A stretch of 64,000 nucleotides of DNA from an uncultured delta proteobacterium. Lineage in GTDB: Bacteria > Myxococcota_A > Polyangia > Fen-1088. Location: assembly GCA_963755125.1 (NCBI GenBank), contig CAVWIP010000018.1:128001-192000 (forward strand). The letters are read 5' to 3'. Position numbers and translations under genes: made by a program. The notes beneath the pieces were generated by a model, which worked only from the letters and a program-made list of their open reading frames with translations, was not told the origin of the DNA and did no database searches. Shown in pieces: positions 41,443 to 51,676 of this stretch (positions are counted from its first letter, which is position 1; each line of letters starts with the position of its first letter).

Positions 41443-42948
41443 CTAATTGGTCCAACCCGACTGGATTATGGCGAGTGTGGCGGCGTTGTTCACAGTGAGC
41501 GTATAGTTCGGCGCCGTGCCGCTCAGCTTGGCAATGCCGCCGGTGCCTTCCAAGCCCGCCCAGTAGCAGCTTCCCATTCCATAGGCTTTCATCTGGGTGG
41601 TAAGGCCCGTCAGGAAGGCAGTGCCGCCGGCGTATTCACTGACGACGGTCCGGTTGTAGTACTGGCCCACGTGCGTCTTGAGGTTCGCCTCCGCAGTTGC
41701 CGCAGTTTCCGTGTTGTTGTCATAGATATGAATATTGAGGAGACAGTCGGGGAGGGCGGCCCCTTGTGCCAGGACGTCGATGTCAGTCTGGTATCCAGCC
41801 ACGAGAACCCGATTCGCGGGAACGCTCGGGTTTGCCGTCATCCAATTCTCGACGAGGGTGATGAAGTCAGCCGAACTGTATCCTGAGGGTTCGTTGAAGA
41901 CGTCGAAATAGACCAGATCGTTGGTTCCGTATGCAGCAACGACGGTACTCCACATGGTATTCCACGTGGTCATGTTGGCTATATGATTGCTGCCCGGCGG
42001 CAACCAGTACGCAACTATCACCTTCATGTTTTGGCTGATAGCCGCATCGAAAATGCCCTTGTAGGCGGCCCACGTGGTAGCTGTGTTGACCGTTGTTTCG
42101 TTGATCGGCATGCGGAATGCGGTCGCGTTCAGCACAGTCTTGAATCCTGAGATGATCGCATTGGACGAGGCCAGAACGGTGGCGTAGTCGTCCGTGGCAG
42201 CCAGTCCGGTCAGCACGAGCGCCCCGGTTTGGAAGTTATCGCCCGGGTCGGCCCAGTTGAAGCAATGGATGCCGGCTGACTCCGACGCCAGGAGGCCGCC
42301 GTCCCCGACCGCGATGCTGCCGCCAGACGCTGTGGCCCCGCCCGCACCGGCGGTGCCGCCCGTGGGATTCGAGCCACCGGCGTTCCCACCGCTGGCCGTA
42401 GTCCCGCCAACAACTGTGTTCCCGCCCCTAGCGCCGCCAGTTCCTCCGATGGCCGTGCTGCCGCCTGCCCTTCCCCCGGTGGGCGTCGAGCCGCCCATTG
42501 CCGTGTTTCCCCCAGGCGCCGTGCTGCCGCCTGCCCTTCCCCCGGTGGGCGTCGAGCCGCCCATTGCCGTGTTTCCCCCAGGCGCCGTGGTCACGCTAGT
42601 TGCGCTGGAGCCGCCCGTAACTGTGGATCCGCCGGTGGCGGTGGAGGCGCTGCTCGTGGTGACGCCTCCCGCCGTCCCGCCCGCGCTAGTCGAACTGTTT
42701 GGTGGCTGGGTGCTTCCCCCCGGCGCGACCGTCGTTGCCGCCGTCGTCTGGATCGCCGAGTTGCCACCCATCGCAACGGAACCAGCAGCGCTCGTGACGC
42801 CGCCACCTCCGGCCGCCGCAGCGCCGCCCGTGCTGCCGCCGCTCCCCTTTCCTGAAGTGCCGTTGCTGGAGCATGCGCCCAGAGCCACGGCCAGTGACAG
42901 ACCTGCCAATCCCGCGAGCCGAATCGAACGCCGATTGTGGGAAGTCAT
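41443..42948 (-). CDS. GH5-like lipoprotein, tandem paralog
   Basis: RBS AGGAGG; LGAC; NWADPGDNF; FNEP; SEY. Confidence 0.85.
   Translation of the reverse strand: MTSHNRRSIRLAGLAGLSLAVALGACSSNGTSGKGSGGSTGGAAAAGGGGVTSAAGSVAMGGNSAIQTTAATTVAPGGSTQPPNSSTSAGGTAGGVTTSSASTATGGSTVTGGSSATSVTTAPGGNTAMGGSTPTGGRAGGSTAPGGNTAMGGSTPTGGRAGGSTAIGGTGGARGGNTVVGGTTASGGNAGGSNPTGGTAGAGGATASGGSIAVGDGGLLASESAGIHCFNWADPGDNFQTGALVLTGLAATDDYATVLASSNAIISGFKTVLNATAFRMPINETTVNTATTWAAYKGIFDAAISQNMKVIVAYWLPPGSNHIANMTTWNTMWSTVVAAYGTNDLVYFDVFNEPSGYSSADFITLVENWMTANPSVPANRVLVAGYQTDIDVLAQGAALPDCLLNIHIYDNNTETAATAEANLKTHVGQYYNRTVVSEYAGGTAFLTGLTTQMKAYGMGSCYWAGLEGTGGIAKLSGTAPNYTLTVNNAATLAIIQSGWTN
42452..42583. repeat. Exact 66-bp tandem duplication in the linker
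   Basis: TAPGGNTAMGGSTPTGGRAGGS occurs twice with identical DNA. Confidence 0.9.
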
Positions 42949-43290
42949 CTCGAAACCTCCTGTCTTGAAACGGTCCTCTTGTAAATGTGCTGACGGCAGC
43001 AGGATCTTCTCTCGATCTCTTGAACTGAGTGATTGCGCACGCCCCCGTGTCACAAAGAACCTGCCACCTTCGCAGTAGCGCTTGGCGCGTTTTCGGTCCA
43101 AACGGCCTGCTCCCCGCTGACAGACGGCGTCAGACCCCGAGCGTCGTGCCGCTGCGTCCTATTGGCGTCGCGTCTTGGCGCACGCCGCAGAGATTCTTTG
43201 TGAACGCTGAGGTGAACGAAGTCGCCCGCTCGCTTGAGGAAGTCAGGCTACGCTGTCATCGCCCAGACAATCAGGTTACAAAGGGCGCGC

Positions 43291-45237
43291 ATGGCCCTGT
43301 TTCAGAAGCCGGCACGCACGCCTGATGAGATCGCGCGCAGTCGCCCGCTCGACGTCTCGCCCACCGAGGTGGCAACCCTCGACGAGGACGAGTGGTACCG
43401 CCGGGTATTCCGCGGCGACGAGGTCCCGCAGCTAACCCTGCGCGCCGTGGTCCTGGGCTCGATGCTCGGGTTCCTGCTCGCGTTCACCAATCTTTATGTT
43501 GGCCTGAAGACTGGCTGGGGCTTGGGCGTGGCGATCACGGCGTGCATCGTCTCGTTTGCCCTGTGGAACGCCTGCCTGAAGGTCGGCCTGGCGCGCACGC
43601 CGCTGTCTATCCTCGAGAGCAACTGCCTGCAATCCACGGCCTCGGCCGCAGGGTATTCCACCGGCAGCACCATGGTCTCCGCCACCCCGGCGCTGCTCTT
43701 GCTCAGCGTGACCCCGCAGGAGCCGACGGGCCACCATCTGCCCTGGGCCGTGCTGGCGGGCTGGACTTTCTTCCTGGGCATGCTGGGCGTGGCCCTAGCC
43801 GTGCCCATGAAGCGCAACATGATCAATCAGGAACGCCTGCGCTTTCCCTCGGGCATCGCCGCAGCCGTCACGCTGCAGTCGCTCTTCAACCACGGCCGCG
43901 AGGCAGCCGCCAAAGCCAGGGCGCTGTTCTACGCGGCGCTGGTGGCGGGCGTGCCGCCAATCATCATGGACCTGCCTTTGCGCGTAGGCGACACGCCCGG
44001 CGCCCGCAAGGGCCTGGTTCCGGACACTTCGCCCGTCTTCAATTGGTTGCCCACGCGAGGCACCAACCCGAAAACCGGCGCTGCCTTCAGCGCAGCCGAC
44101 TGGAACATCCTGCTCGACAACAAGCTGGTCATGATTGCGGCCGGCGCGCTGACCGGGCCGCGCATCTGCCTGTCCATGGTCGCCAGCAGCGTGCTGCTCT
44201 GCTACTGGCTCGGCCCGGCCGGGCTGGCCTCGGGCGCCGTTCACAATCCTGCCCATGCGTGGCGCGAGATTGGGGTCTGGGTGGGCGCGCCCATGATGAT
44301 CGCAGCGGGTTTGCTCAGTTTCGCCCTGCAGGGACGCACGCTCGGCCGCGCCCTGCGCAGCCTGGGCACGCGCGGCGGCCCGCAAGGCCATGCCGCCGCT
44401 GAAGTGCCGGGAACCTGGTTCGCGGCTGGCACGGCCGTGGGCACAGTGGGCGTGCTGGCCATCGGCCACATGCACTTTGGCATTCCCTGGCACCTGGGCC
44501 TGCTGGCCGTGTTGCTGACGTTCTTCCTGTCGCTGGTGGCTTGCCGGGCCACCGGCGAGTCCGACATCACGCCCATCGGCGCGCTCGGCAAAATCACGCA
44601 ACTCGTGTACGGCGTGCTCATTCCCCAGAACGCAACCGCCAACCTCATGACTGCCAGTATCACGGCCAACGCCGCAGCCTCCAGTGCGGACCTGTTGACC
44701 GATCTGAAGTCAGGCTATTTGCTCGGCGCCCATCCGCGCCGGCAGTTTGTGGCCCAGTTTCTCGGCATCTTCGCCGGCACCGCAGCGACGGTGCTCGGCT
44801 TTCGCCTGCTGGTGCCCGATGCCACGGCCCTGACCGGAACCGCGACCAGTCCTGCCGCATTCCCCGCGCCCGCGGCCCAGGCCTGGCTGGCCGTGGCCCA
44901 GGTTTTTCAGAAGGGGCTGCAGAACCTGCACCCGATGGCTCGCACCTGCATCTGGTGGGGACTTGCCACCGGGGCCCTGCTGATCGTGGTCGAGCTTGCT
45001 CTGCCGAAGTATCGTAAGTGGCTCCCCTCTCCCACCGGCCTTGGCCTGGGTTTCATCTTGCCCTTCTTCAACCCCTTTTCCATGTTGCTGGGCGCGGTTC
45101 TGGCCTGGCTCTGGTCACGGCACAGTCACGCGCATGCCGACCGCTACGTGGTTCCCGTGGCCTCCGGGATCATCGCCGGCGAATCCATCGTCAGCGTTGC
45201 CATCGCGCTGGTGAACAATCTCCTCTTCCGGCACTGA
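43291..45237 (+). CDS. OPT family oligopeptide transporter
   Basis: QLTLRAV, YVGLKTG, LESN..Q..ASA, LRFPSG.A, DLLTDLKSG.LLG and SGIIAGES. Confidence 0.93.
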   Translation: MALFQKPARTPDEIARSRPLDVSPTEVATLDEDEWYRRVFRGDEVPQLTLRAVVLGSMLGFLLAFTNLYVGLKTGWGLGVAITACIVSFALWNACLKVGLARTPLSILESNCLQSTASAAGYSTGSTMVSATPALLLLSVTPQEPTGHHLPWAVLAGWTFFLGMLGVALAVPMKRNMINQERLRFPSGIAAAVTLQSLFNHGREAAAKARALFYAALVAGVPPIIMDLPLRVGDTPGARKGLVPDTSPVFNWLPTRGTNPKTGAAFSAADWNILLDNKLVMIAAGALTGPRICLSMVASSVLLCYWLGPAGLASGAVHNPAHAWREIGVWVGAPMMIAAGLLSFALQGRTLGRALRSLGTRGGPQGHAAAEVPGTWFAAGTAVGTVGVLAIGHMHFGIPWHLGLLAVLLTFFLSLVACRATGESDITPIGALGKITQLVYGVLIPQNATANLMTASITANAAASSADLLTDLKSGYLLGAHPRRQFVAQFLGIFAGTAATVLGFRLLVPDATALTGTATSPAAFPAPAAQAWLAVAQVFQKGLQNLHPMARTCIWWGLATGALLIVVELALPKYRKWLPSPTGLGLGFILPFFNPFSMLLGAVLAWLWSRHSHAHADRYVVPVASGIIAGESIVSVAIALVNNLLFRH

Positions 45238-45240
45238 GAT

Positions 45241-46164
45241 TCACTCGATGGTTTTGCCCAACCGGGACCAGCGCAGACCCTCGCCTGCCCGGTAGGAAAA
45301 CAACACCTGCCTGGCCACAGCCTTCACGTCAGCCACGGGCACGACGCCAAACTGGCGCGAGTCGATCGAGGAGCCGCGGTTGTCGCCAAGAACGAAGACC
45401 TGCGCGTTGGGCACCACCAGGCTGAGCTGGTTTGCGACCATGTCCTTCTTCCACAGGACCGTGTAGGCGCCGCGATCGCTGGATTCCCGGTACGCCCAAT
45501 GGTCGGCGAGCAATCGATCGCGCAGTGAACTGCCCAACCCCTGGACCTCGACGCCGCGTAGTTGGCGGCCGTTCACCCGCAGGGAAGTCCCGTCAATTTC
45601 AATGGTGTCACCGGGCAAGCCGATGATCCGCTTGACGAAGATCATGGTGCGGTTGTTGGGATAGACGAAGAGGGCCACGTCCCCGCGCGCGAGCGGAATG
45701 CCGCCCGGACGGTTCACTCGCTTGTCGGCCAGGAAGCGATCCCCGGGCTCGATGGTGGGCAACATGCTGGCGGTCGGCGCCTGGAAGGTTTCCAGCAGGT
45801 TGTCCCGCGCATAGGCGGTAAAGGGCGCGAGCACGAAGAGATAAGCGACGAACGCCGCCAACAAATAGACCAGGGGCCGCTGCCAGGGACGCAGTCCCTG
45901 GTCCGCCTGCCGGGCGCAGCGCCAGGCATCGCGCACCGACCAGGCGTACAGCCCGACGCCTGCCAGCGCTCCCAGGCACACGACCAAGGAGAGCCATCGC
46001 ACGGGAACAGCCAGCGCCAGCCTGCCGGTCAGCACCGGCAAGAGAGCCACGCCGAGCAGCGCGCCCAAGCCGCGGGCAAGCGGTCCGGCGTACACATGGC
46101 CCAGTCCCGGCACCAGCAACCCAGCGGCCAGAGCCAACGCTGGCAAACGACGCGACGTTTTCAT
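45241..46164 (-). CDS. lepB: Signal peptidase I with N-terminal multi-TM extension
   Basis: TASMLPT (catalytic Ser), GD, FVKRIIGLPGD (Lys) and LGDNR.SSIDSR; ATGA overlap with the anti-sigma gene. Confidence 0.9.
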   Translation of the reverse strand: MKTSRRLPALALAAGLLVPGLGHVYAGPLARGLGALLGVALLPVLTGRLALAVPVRWLSLVVCLGALAGVGLYAWSVRDAWRCARQADQGLRPWQRPLVYLLAAFVAYLFVLAPFTAYARDNLLETFQAPTASMLPTIEPGDRFLADKRVNRPGGIPLARGDVALFVYPNNRTMIFVKRIIGLPGDTIEIDGTSLRVNGRQLRGVEVQGLGSSLRDRLLADHWAYRESSDRGAYTVLWKKDMVANQLSLVVPNAQVFVLGDNRGSSIDSRQFGVVPVADVKAVARQVLFSYRAGEGLRWSRLGKTIE

Positions 46165-46511
46165 GGCGATCCTCCGAGACTGAGGCTGGGGACAAGCACC
46201 CGCAGCACGAAGCGAAAGAGATTGAACAGCGAAAACACTGCGCCCACCTGGACCAGACCCACCTGCACCCAGCGCCGCTCGAACCAACGCAGGGGTGCGA
46301 CAGGGTTGGCCTGGTCCGCGATGGCAGCCATCACCCGATCCGCGAATCCCTCGGGCACCGCTACTGCCGAGCCGTCGTGCAAGAGCGCATCCAGTTGGCC
46401 CCAGGATTCGATGACGGCGCTGCAGGCAACGCAGACGGCAGCATGCGCGCTCTCGACGGGTCCGAGGCTCTCACCATGGACGACCATTTCTTGCACTTGA
46501 TTGCAGTCCAT
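46161..46511 (-). CDS. Zinc-binding (zf-HC2-like) anti-sigma factor
   Basis: MDC.....; HAAVCVAC (HxxxCxxC); PEGFADRVM; C-terminal TM. Confidence 0.8.
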   Translation of the reverse strand: MDCNQVQEMVVHGESLGPVESAHAAVCVACSAVIESWGQLDALLHDGSAVAVPEGFADRVMAAIADQANPVAPLRWFERRWVQVGLVQVGAVFSLFNLFRFVLRVLVPSLSLGGSP

Positions 46512-47054
46512 TCAGCTCTCCTCTGCCAAGACCGCGCGCAGTAGTTCGCGCGCGCGGAAGATCCGAGACTTCACCGTGCCCACAGCGCAGCTCTCGACCG
46601 CCGCGGCTTCCTCCAGGGAAAGGCCCTCGACCCGCGTGAGCAGCAAGGCCACGCGCAGCACTTCGGGCAATTGCGCGAGAGCCTCGCGCAGACGTCGCTG
46701 TGCCTGGTTGGCAACCGCCCGCTCTAGCGGATCGGGAGCAGGATCCGCCAGCACGGGCGCTGCTTCCAGTGCCTGGCATTCGCGCTGGCGGTGCGCGCGG
46801 GTCGCCTCGTTGGCGGCCAGATTGCGGACCATCGTGAAAAGCCAGGTGGAGAACTTGGCCCGGCTGGGGTCGAAATCACTGAGGTGCCGGTAGGCGCGCA
46901 GGAATGCCTCTTGCGCGAGATCCTCGGCCGCCTGCCCGCCAAAGCCGAGCACGCCCAAGAAGCGAAACACACACCGCTGGTGGCGCAGTACCAGCAAACG
47001 GAAGGAATCCTGCTGGCCGGCGAGCGTCTGGCTTATGAGGAAGGAATCCTCCAT
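46512..47054 (-). CDS. ECF sigma factor (SigW/RpoE-like)
   Basis: AEDLAQEAFLRAY, FSTWLF, and EGLSLEE.A....GTVKSRIFRAR. Confidence 0.93.
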   Translation of the reverse strand: MEDSFLISQTLAGQQDSFRLLVLRHQRCVFRFLGVLGFGGQAAEDLAQEAFLRAYRHLSDFDPSRAKFSTWLFTMVRNLAANEATRAHRQRECQALEAAPVLADPAPDPLERAVANQAQRRLREALAQLPEVLRVALLLTRVEGLSLEEAAAVESCAVGTVKSRIFRARELLRAVLAEES

Positions 47055-47070
47055 TGGCGTCCTTCTGCTT

Positions 47071-47096
47071 ATACCGCTGGCGACGCAGAAGGTTCC
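47071..47096 (-). promoter_or_regulatory. Putative autoregulatory ECF promoter
   Basis: GGAACC-N16-GTAT directly upstream of the sigma ATG. Confidence 0.6.
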
Positions 47097-47192
47097 CGCC
47101 GGCGCACGTGCAAACAATTTCCCATCGCGCGGTCAACGTGGATGTCGCACTCCAGACGCGCGTGGGATCCCAATCCAGCCTATGATGGCGGC

Positions 47193-48422
47193 GTGCCTTC
47201 GGGTGCCACGTTCCGCTCGCGCCTGCTCATCTTCGGCGGGCTCTACTTTGCCCAGGGTGTGCCCTGGGGCTTTTTCACCGTGGCCATCGCTCTCCGCCTC
47301 ACCTCGCTGGGTGTGTCCCCCGCTGGGCTCGGCGATCTGATGTTCGTGGCCTCGCTGCCCTGGGCGGGCAAGCCGGTGATCGGTTTGGTGGTGGACCGCC
47401 TTTCCTTCGGCCGACTGGGCCGACGGCGACCTTTCATCTTGCTGGCCGAGGCTGGCATGGCGCTCAGCCTGCTGGCCATGGCCTTCGCGAACCCGATCGC
47501 CGACCGGTCGTGGTTCTCGGCCCTGCTCTTCGCTCACAATCTTCTGGCCGCGGCCCAGGATGTCGGAACCGACGCGCTGGCCATCGATCTTCTGGCCGAG
47601 AATGAGCGCAGCCGCGCCAACGGCATCATGTCCGCGGGCAAGTTCGCCGGAGTGGTGCTGGGCGGCCAGGGACTGCTCTGGATGGCGAGCGTGGCAGGCT
47701 GGCCGACTGCCTACGGCCTGGCCATCGCGCTGCTGCTGGTGCCAGCCACGCTGGTGCTCGGCGTGCGCGAGTCGCCCGTGCCCGCGCAACGCCCGCGCCT
47801 GCTCGGTCTGGCCCTGCGCGCCTTCTCCAGCCGGGTGGTGCTGCTTGCGGCCTGCTTCGCTCTCATCGTGGACCTGGCCGACAGCTTCACCTTCCCGCTT
47901 ACCTACCCCCTCTTTCGCAATCAACTCGGCTTTTCCGAACAGCAGGTGGCGTCGCTGGCCACCATCGGGGGAATAGTGGGCGCCCTGGGTTCGCTCTTGG
48001 GCGGCGTGCTGGGCGATCGCTTGGGCTGTCGCCGCACGCTCCTGGGCGCGTGCCTTACAGTGGCCGGACTCAACCTCGGGTTTGCCGCGTGCCGCAGGCT
48101 CTGGGGCTACTTTCCCCTGCTGCTCGCTTACACCGCGGTGGAAGGAATCATGGTGGGCGTGGTCTACGCCACCACGCTGGCGCTCTTCATGGATCTCACC
48201 AATCCGCGCCTGGCCGCCACGCAGTTCCAGATCTACATGGCGCTGCTCAACATCAAAGACGCATTGGCGCAGAAGGTGGGCGGACGCCTGGCCGAGCGTC
48301 TGCCAGCACCGATGATGTTCGGCCTGAGCGCGATCATCGAGTTGGTGCCGCTCTTGCTTCTGCCTTGGCTTGACGCGCGTCGCGCGCGGGCCGACTTCGC
48401 CCACGACGCAGAGAACACCTGA
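47193..48422 (+). CDS. MFS transporter, AmpG-like
   Basis: LYFAQGVP, LPWAGK, GRRRP, AAQDVGTDALA and AATQF.IY.AL.N. Confidence 0.88.
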   Translation: MPSGATFRSRLLIFGGLYFAQGVPWGFFTVAIALRLTSLGVSPAGLGDLMFVASLPWAGKPVIGLVVDRLSFGRLGRRRPFILLAEAGMALSLLAMAFANPIADRSWFSALLFAHNLLAAAQDVGTDALAIDLLAENERSRANGIMSAGKFAGVVLGGQGLLWMASVAGWPTAYGLAIALLLVPATLVLGVRESPVPAQRPRLLGLALRAFSSRVVLLAACFALIVDLADSFTFPLTYPLFRNQLGFSEQQVASLATIGGIVGALGSLLGGVLGDRLGCRRTLLGACLTVAGLNLGFAACRRLWGYFPLLLAYTAVEGIMVGVVYATTLALFMDLTNPRLAATQFQIYMALLNIKDALAQKVGGRLAERLPAPMMFGLSAIIELVPLLLLPWLDARRARADFAHDAENT

Positions 48423-48453
48423 TCGGGCGTCACGCCTACCAGATCCTGTAGTC

Positions 48454-49488
48454 CTAGAACGATCCAGCGCAGTTGATACCAAACGGACTCACGGCGCAGT
48501 TCATGGCACTGTGGTCCTTGGCGGCAGGGGGCCGAGATTCCCAGGACAGGATGCCGATGAGGGCCATGGTCAGGGCCGCGGCCCCCGTCCCCACCGTTGC
48601 ACCGATGGCGATGTTGCGCTGGGTCTTGATGGAGGATTCGTCGGTGCATTGCCAGCCGGCCGCGGGACTGCGACAGGAACTGAGTTCGGAATTCCGGTTG
48701 ATCCAGTAGATGCCGGACCCGATCGCCAGCGCCGCGGCACCTCCACTGGCCCAAAGCCACGCAGCTGCTGCCCCGTTCGACGGCACCACGGGTGCTGACT
48801 GTTTGGCGGTCCCCACCGGAGCGGCCCCGACGGCCGCCGGACGCGCCTCCGCAGGCGCCGCCCGTTCGAGCGTCACGACGAGTTCCTTTCGCTCACCACC
48901 GCGGACCGTGATGGGAAGCGAGCGAACCGCCATGCCGTGCGCGCTGGCTTCCACCGTGTGCGTGCCGAAGCCGAACACTAGCGTCCCGTCGGGCTCGAAT
49001 TCCGGTGCGTGACCGTCGATGATCACGCGCGCATTCGGCGGCGTGACCTTCAGGCTATACACATCCACGAACATGCGGCTGCGATCGAGCAAATCCTGCG
49101 TGTGCTTGCGCTGTTCAGGGGAGAGCGGCTTGCGTTGGTCTTGCAGGGCCGCCGACAGGTTGCGCACGGCCGAGACGTAGTCGCGCAGTTCAAACGAGGT
49201 CATGCCGATGCCACGGAAGGTGCGGGCGTTGGGGCTGATCTCGTGGGCGCGCCGGAAAAGACTGCGTGCTTCCTCAAAATGGCGGGCGTCGTATTCAGCC
49301 AGTCCGTCCTCGATGGTTTTTCGGTAGGCAGGCTGTTCGGTGGCATCCGCCGCAGGCCGGGACTGGGTCGGTTTGTCGGCCGCACGCGCGGTCGGCAGCA
49401 GGATGGTCGAGCAGAGGACCGCAAGTGTTAGCGCGATCCCTCGCGATGGCTCAAATGAGTAAAGCTCTCTGTGCATTCCGGAGTCCAT
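48454..49488 (-). CDS. TPR plus PEGA domain secreted protein
   Basis: Signal (ARA); TPR FEEARSLFRRAHEISPNARTFRGIG; PEGA VTPPNARVIIDG...GTHTVEASAHG; C-terminal GSF. Confidence 0.85.
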   Translation of the reverse strand: MDSGMHRELYSFEPSRGIALTLAVLCSTILLPTARAADKPTQSRPAADATEQPAYRKTIEDGLAEYDARHFEEARSLFRRAHEISPNARTFRGIGMTSFELRDYVSAVRNLSAALQDQRKPLSPEQRKHTQDLLDRSRMFVDVYSLKVTPPNARVIIDGHAPEFEPDGTLVFGFGTHTVEASAHGMAVRSLPITVRGGERKELVVTLERAAPAEARPAAVGAAPVGTAKQSAPVVPSNGAAAAWLWASGGAAALAIGSGIYWINRNSELSSCRSPAAGWQCTDESSIKTQRNIAIGATVGTGAAALTMALIGILSWESRPPAAKDHSAMNCAVSPFGINCAGSF

Positions 49489-49504
49489 GGTGCCAGTGAT
49501 GGTA

Positions 49505-51379
49505 CTAGAAATCATCCACGGACAAACTACCAGCACGCGGCGCCAGGGGCTTCGCGGCCGTGAGGGCTCGTGGTGGAGGTGGCGGCGTGCTTGCGGGCGC
49601 AGCCACCTTGGCAACAGCGGGCGACGGCCGCGCTGCTGGAATGCCTTTCAAGGGTTCCCTCGCCGCCACGCGTGAGCGGCTGGGAATGACCGGAGCGCGC
49701 ACGGCGCGCACATGGCTGCGGGGCTTGACGGTCTTGACGGTTGCCAGTGTTCTCGGTACCGGTGGCGGTGGCGAGGCTGCTGGAGGTGCTGGTTCCTCCT
49801 CGGAGGCGACGGTCGCGGCTGGCACGGGCACGACCGGCTCGCTGGCCGGCGGCGCAGTAGGATCGCTGGAAGGCGGGGTGGGAATTGCCGCTGGTGCCGG
49901 CGCGGGAGCGACCAGCACCGGTGCAGGTGTGACCGGCGGTGGCGCATGCGTTCTTGCCGGTCTGGCATCCCGCATGGCCATCCACACCACGAGAACCAGC
50001 AAGGCCACGCTTCCCCCGGCCACCAGCCCGCGCCAGCCACGAAGAGGAGAAAGCAGCGCAGGCCCAAGAAGTGCCTTGGGGAGTACAGGTATTCGACGCA
50101 ACAGCACCGTGATGCGATCTGTGATCTGCTCGGTCACACCCCCATCCAAAACGCCATTCGACACCACCTTCCCATCGGGGACGCTCGCCTCTGGTGGGCC
50201 TTCATTCCCTCCAGCATTGGTCGCCCCGTCAGGGACGCTCTTCTTGTCTTGCTTTTCCAGGGGAAATCCGAAGAGCATCTGCGTCTCGTGATTGGAGACG
50301 GCTTCCTTGCTTTCCTTTTCCAGGGGAAACCCGAAGAGGATTTGCGTCTCCTGATGCTGCCCGGAGGGCTCGGGCTTGACGATGGCTGGCACCGCGGGCC
50401 CGGCGTGCGGCCCGGACGCGGGCTCAAGCAAGGCCAGCGAGGGCACCCCGGCGAGCGGGGTAAGCACACGCGGAGGCGGGGTGGCCGGAGCCAGCTCGTC
50501 TTCGATGGCGCCCACCATCGAATTCAGGCCCGGATAGCGCTGGTCGGGCTGCTTGGCCATGGCCCTGTCGATGATGCGTACCAACCCCGGCGGCAAATCC
50601 GGACGGAACAGCGTCACCGCCGGAGCGGGCTGGTTCAAGATGCGCTCAAAGAGCGCGGGCCCCTGTTCCCCCGGAAAGGGCATCTGTCCGGTCAACGCCT
50701 CGTACAGCAGCACGCCGAAGCCATACACGTCAGCGCGCTGATCGATGGGCGCCGCACCCGAAATATGCTCGGGAGACATATAGGCGGGCGTACCCAGGGC
50801 CAATCCTGGGGCCGGCCCTGCCGATGGGTCCATCGCCCGTTCCACCATCACCGAAATGCCGAAATCCAGCACCTTTGAGGTCACGATGCGCCCGTCGGGA
50901 CCGACGCAGATGAAGATGTTCTGTGGCTTGAGATCGCGGTGGATCACGCCCTGGGCGTGGGCGGCGGCCACCCCACGCATGGCTGGCAGCAGAATCCCCG
51001 TCGCTTCGCCAACGCTGAGATATCCGTTGCGGGCGATGTAGCTGCCCAGAGGCTCTCCTTCAAGAAGCTCCATCACGATGCAGGTCATTCCCTCGTGTTC
51101 GATGACGTCGAAGACCGTCACCACGTTGGGATGATTCACCCGGCTCGCGGCCAGGGCCTCGCTGTGCAGGAGTTGCTGCGCCTCGGGCGTGGTGACCAGG
51201 GACGGCAGGATCACCTTGAGGGCGACGCGCTTGCCCGAACGTTCATTCGTGCCGGCCCACACCGCCGCCATCCCGCCCTGCCCCAGCAAGCGATCGACTC
51301 GGTACTTTCCGTCTACGATCTGCCCTGCCCGCAAAATCGTATCGACGGTGTTTTCGGGCTGGGCTTTCACTTTCCTCAC
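49505..51379 (-). CDS. Hanks-type Ser/Thr protein kinase with TM and Pro-rich extracytoplasmic tail
   Basis: LGQGGMAAV, VALK, HRDLKPQN, DFG, GTPAYMSPE and DVYGFG; TM LVAGGSVALLVLVVWM; ends RAGSLSVDDF. Confidence 0.95.
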   Translation of the reverse strand: MRKVKAQPENTVDTILRAGQIVDGKYRVDRLLGQGGMAAVWAGTNERSGKRVALKVILPSLVTTPEAQQLLHSEALAASRVNHPNVVTVFDVIEHEGMTCIVMELLEGEPLGSYIARNGYLSVGEATGILLPAMRGVAAAHAQGVIHRDLKPQNIFICVGPDGRIVTSKVLDFGISVMVERAMDPSAGPAPGLALGTPAYMSPEHISGAAPIDQRADVYGFGVLLYEALTGQMPFPGEQGPALFERILNQPAPAVTLFRPDLPPGLVRIIDRAMAKQPDQRYPGLNSMVGAIEDELAPATPPPRVLTPLAGVPSLALLEPASGPHAGPAVPAIVKPEPSGQHQETQILFGFPLEKESKEAVSNHETQMLFGFPLEKQDKKSVPDGATNAGGNEGPPEASVPDGKVVSNGVLDGGVTEQITDRITVLLRRIPVLPKALLGPALLSPLRGWRGLVAGGSVALLVLVVWMAMRDARPARTHAPPPVTPAPVLVAPAPAPAAIPTPPSSDPTAPPASEPVVPVPAATVASEEEPAPPAASPPPPVPRTLATVKTVKPRSHVRAVRAPVIPSRSRVAAREPLKGIPAARPSPAVAKVAAPASTPPPPPRALTAAKPLAPRAGSLSVDDF

Positions 51380-51676
51380 TCCGCACCCTCCTGGCGACCC
51401 GAGGAACCACAGCGCATCACGCGTGGGCCTCGGTAGGCGTATGTATGTCTGTTTCTTGGATGGCTTACCACGCGCGCCGGTTACGTACAAGCCTCACGCT
51501 GGTGCGCGTAATCCCACGACGAGCGGCCCTGCGGACTGCCAGATCGAGCCGCGCACCCAAGCGCAGCGATCGGTGGCGGTCGCGTGCCAAGGCCTTGGGC
51601 GGCCGTCGCGGGGTCGTGGGCCAAGCCCCGAACTGGCTTCGCGGCCAAGTGCGGGTATTGTCAAGCCAGGTTTCGG

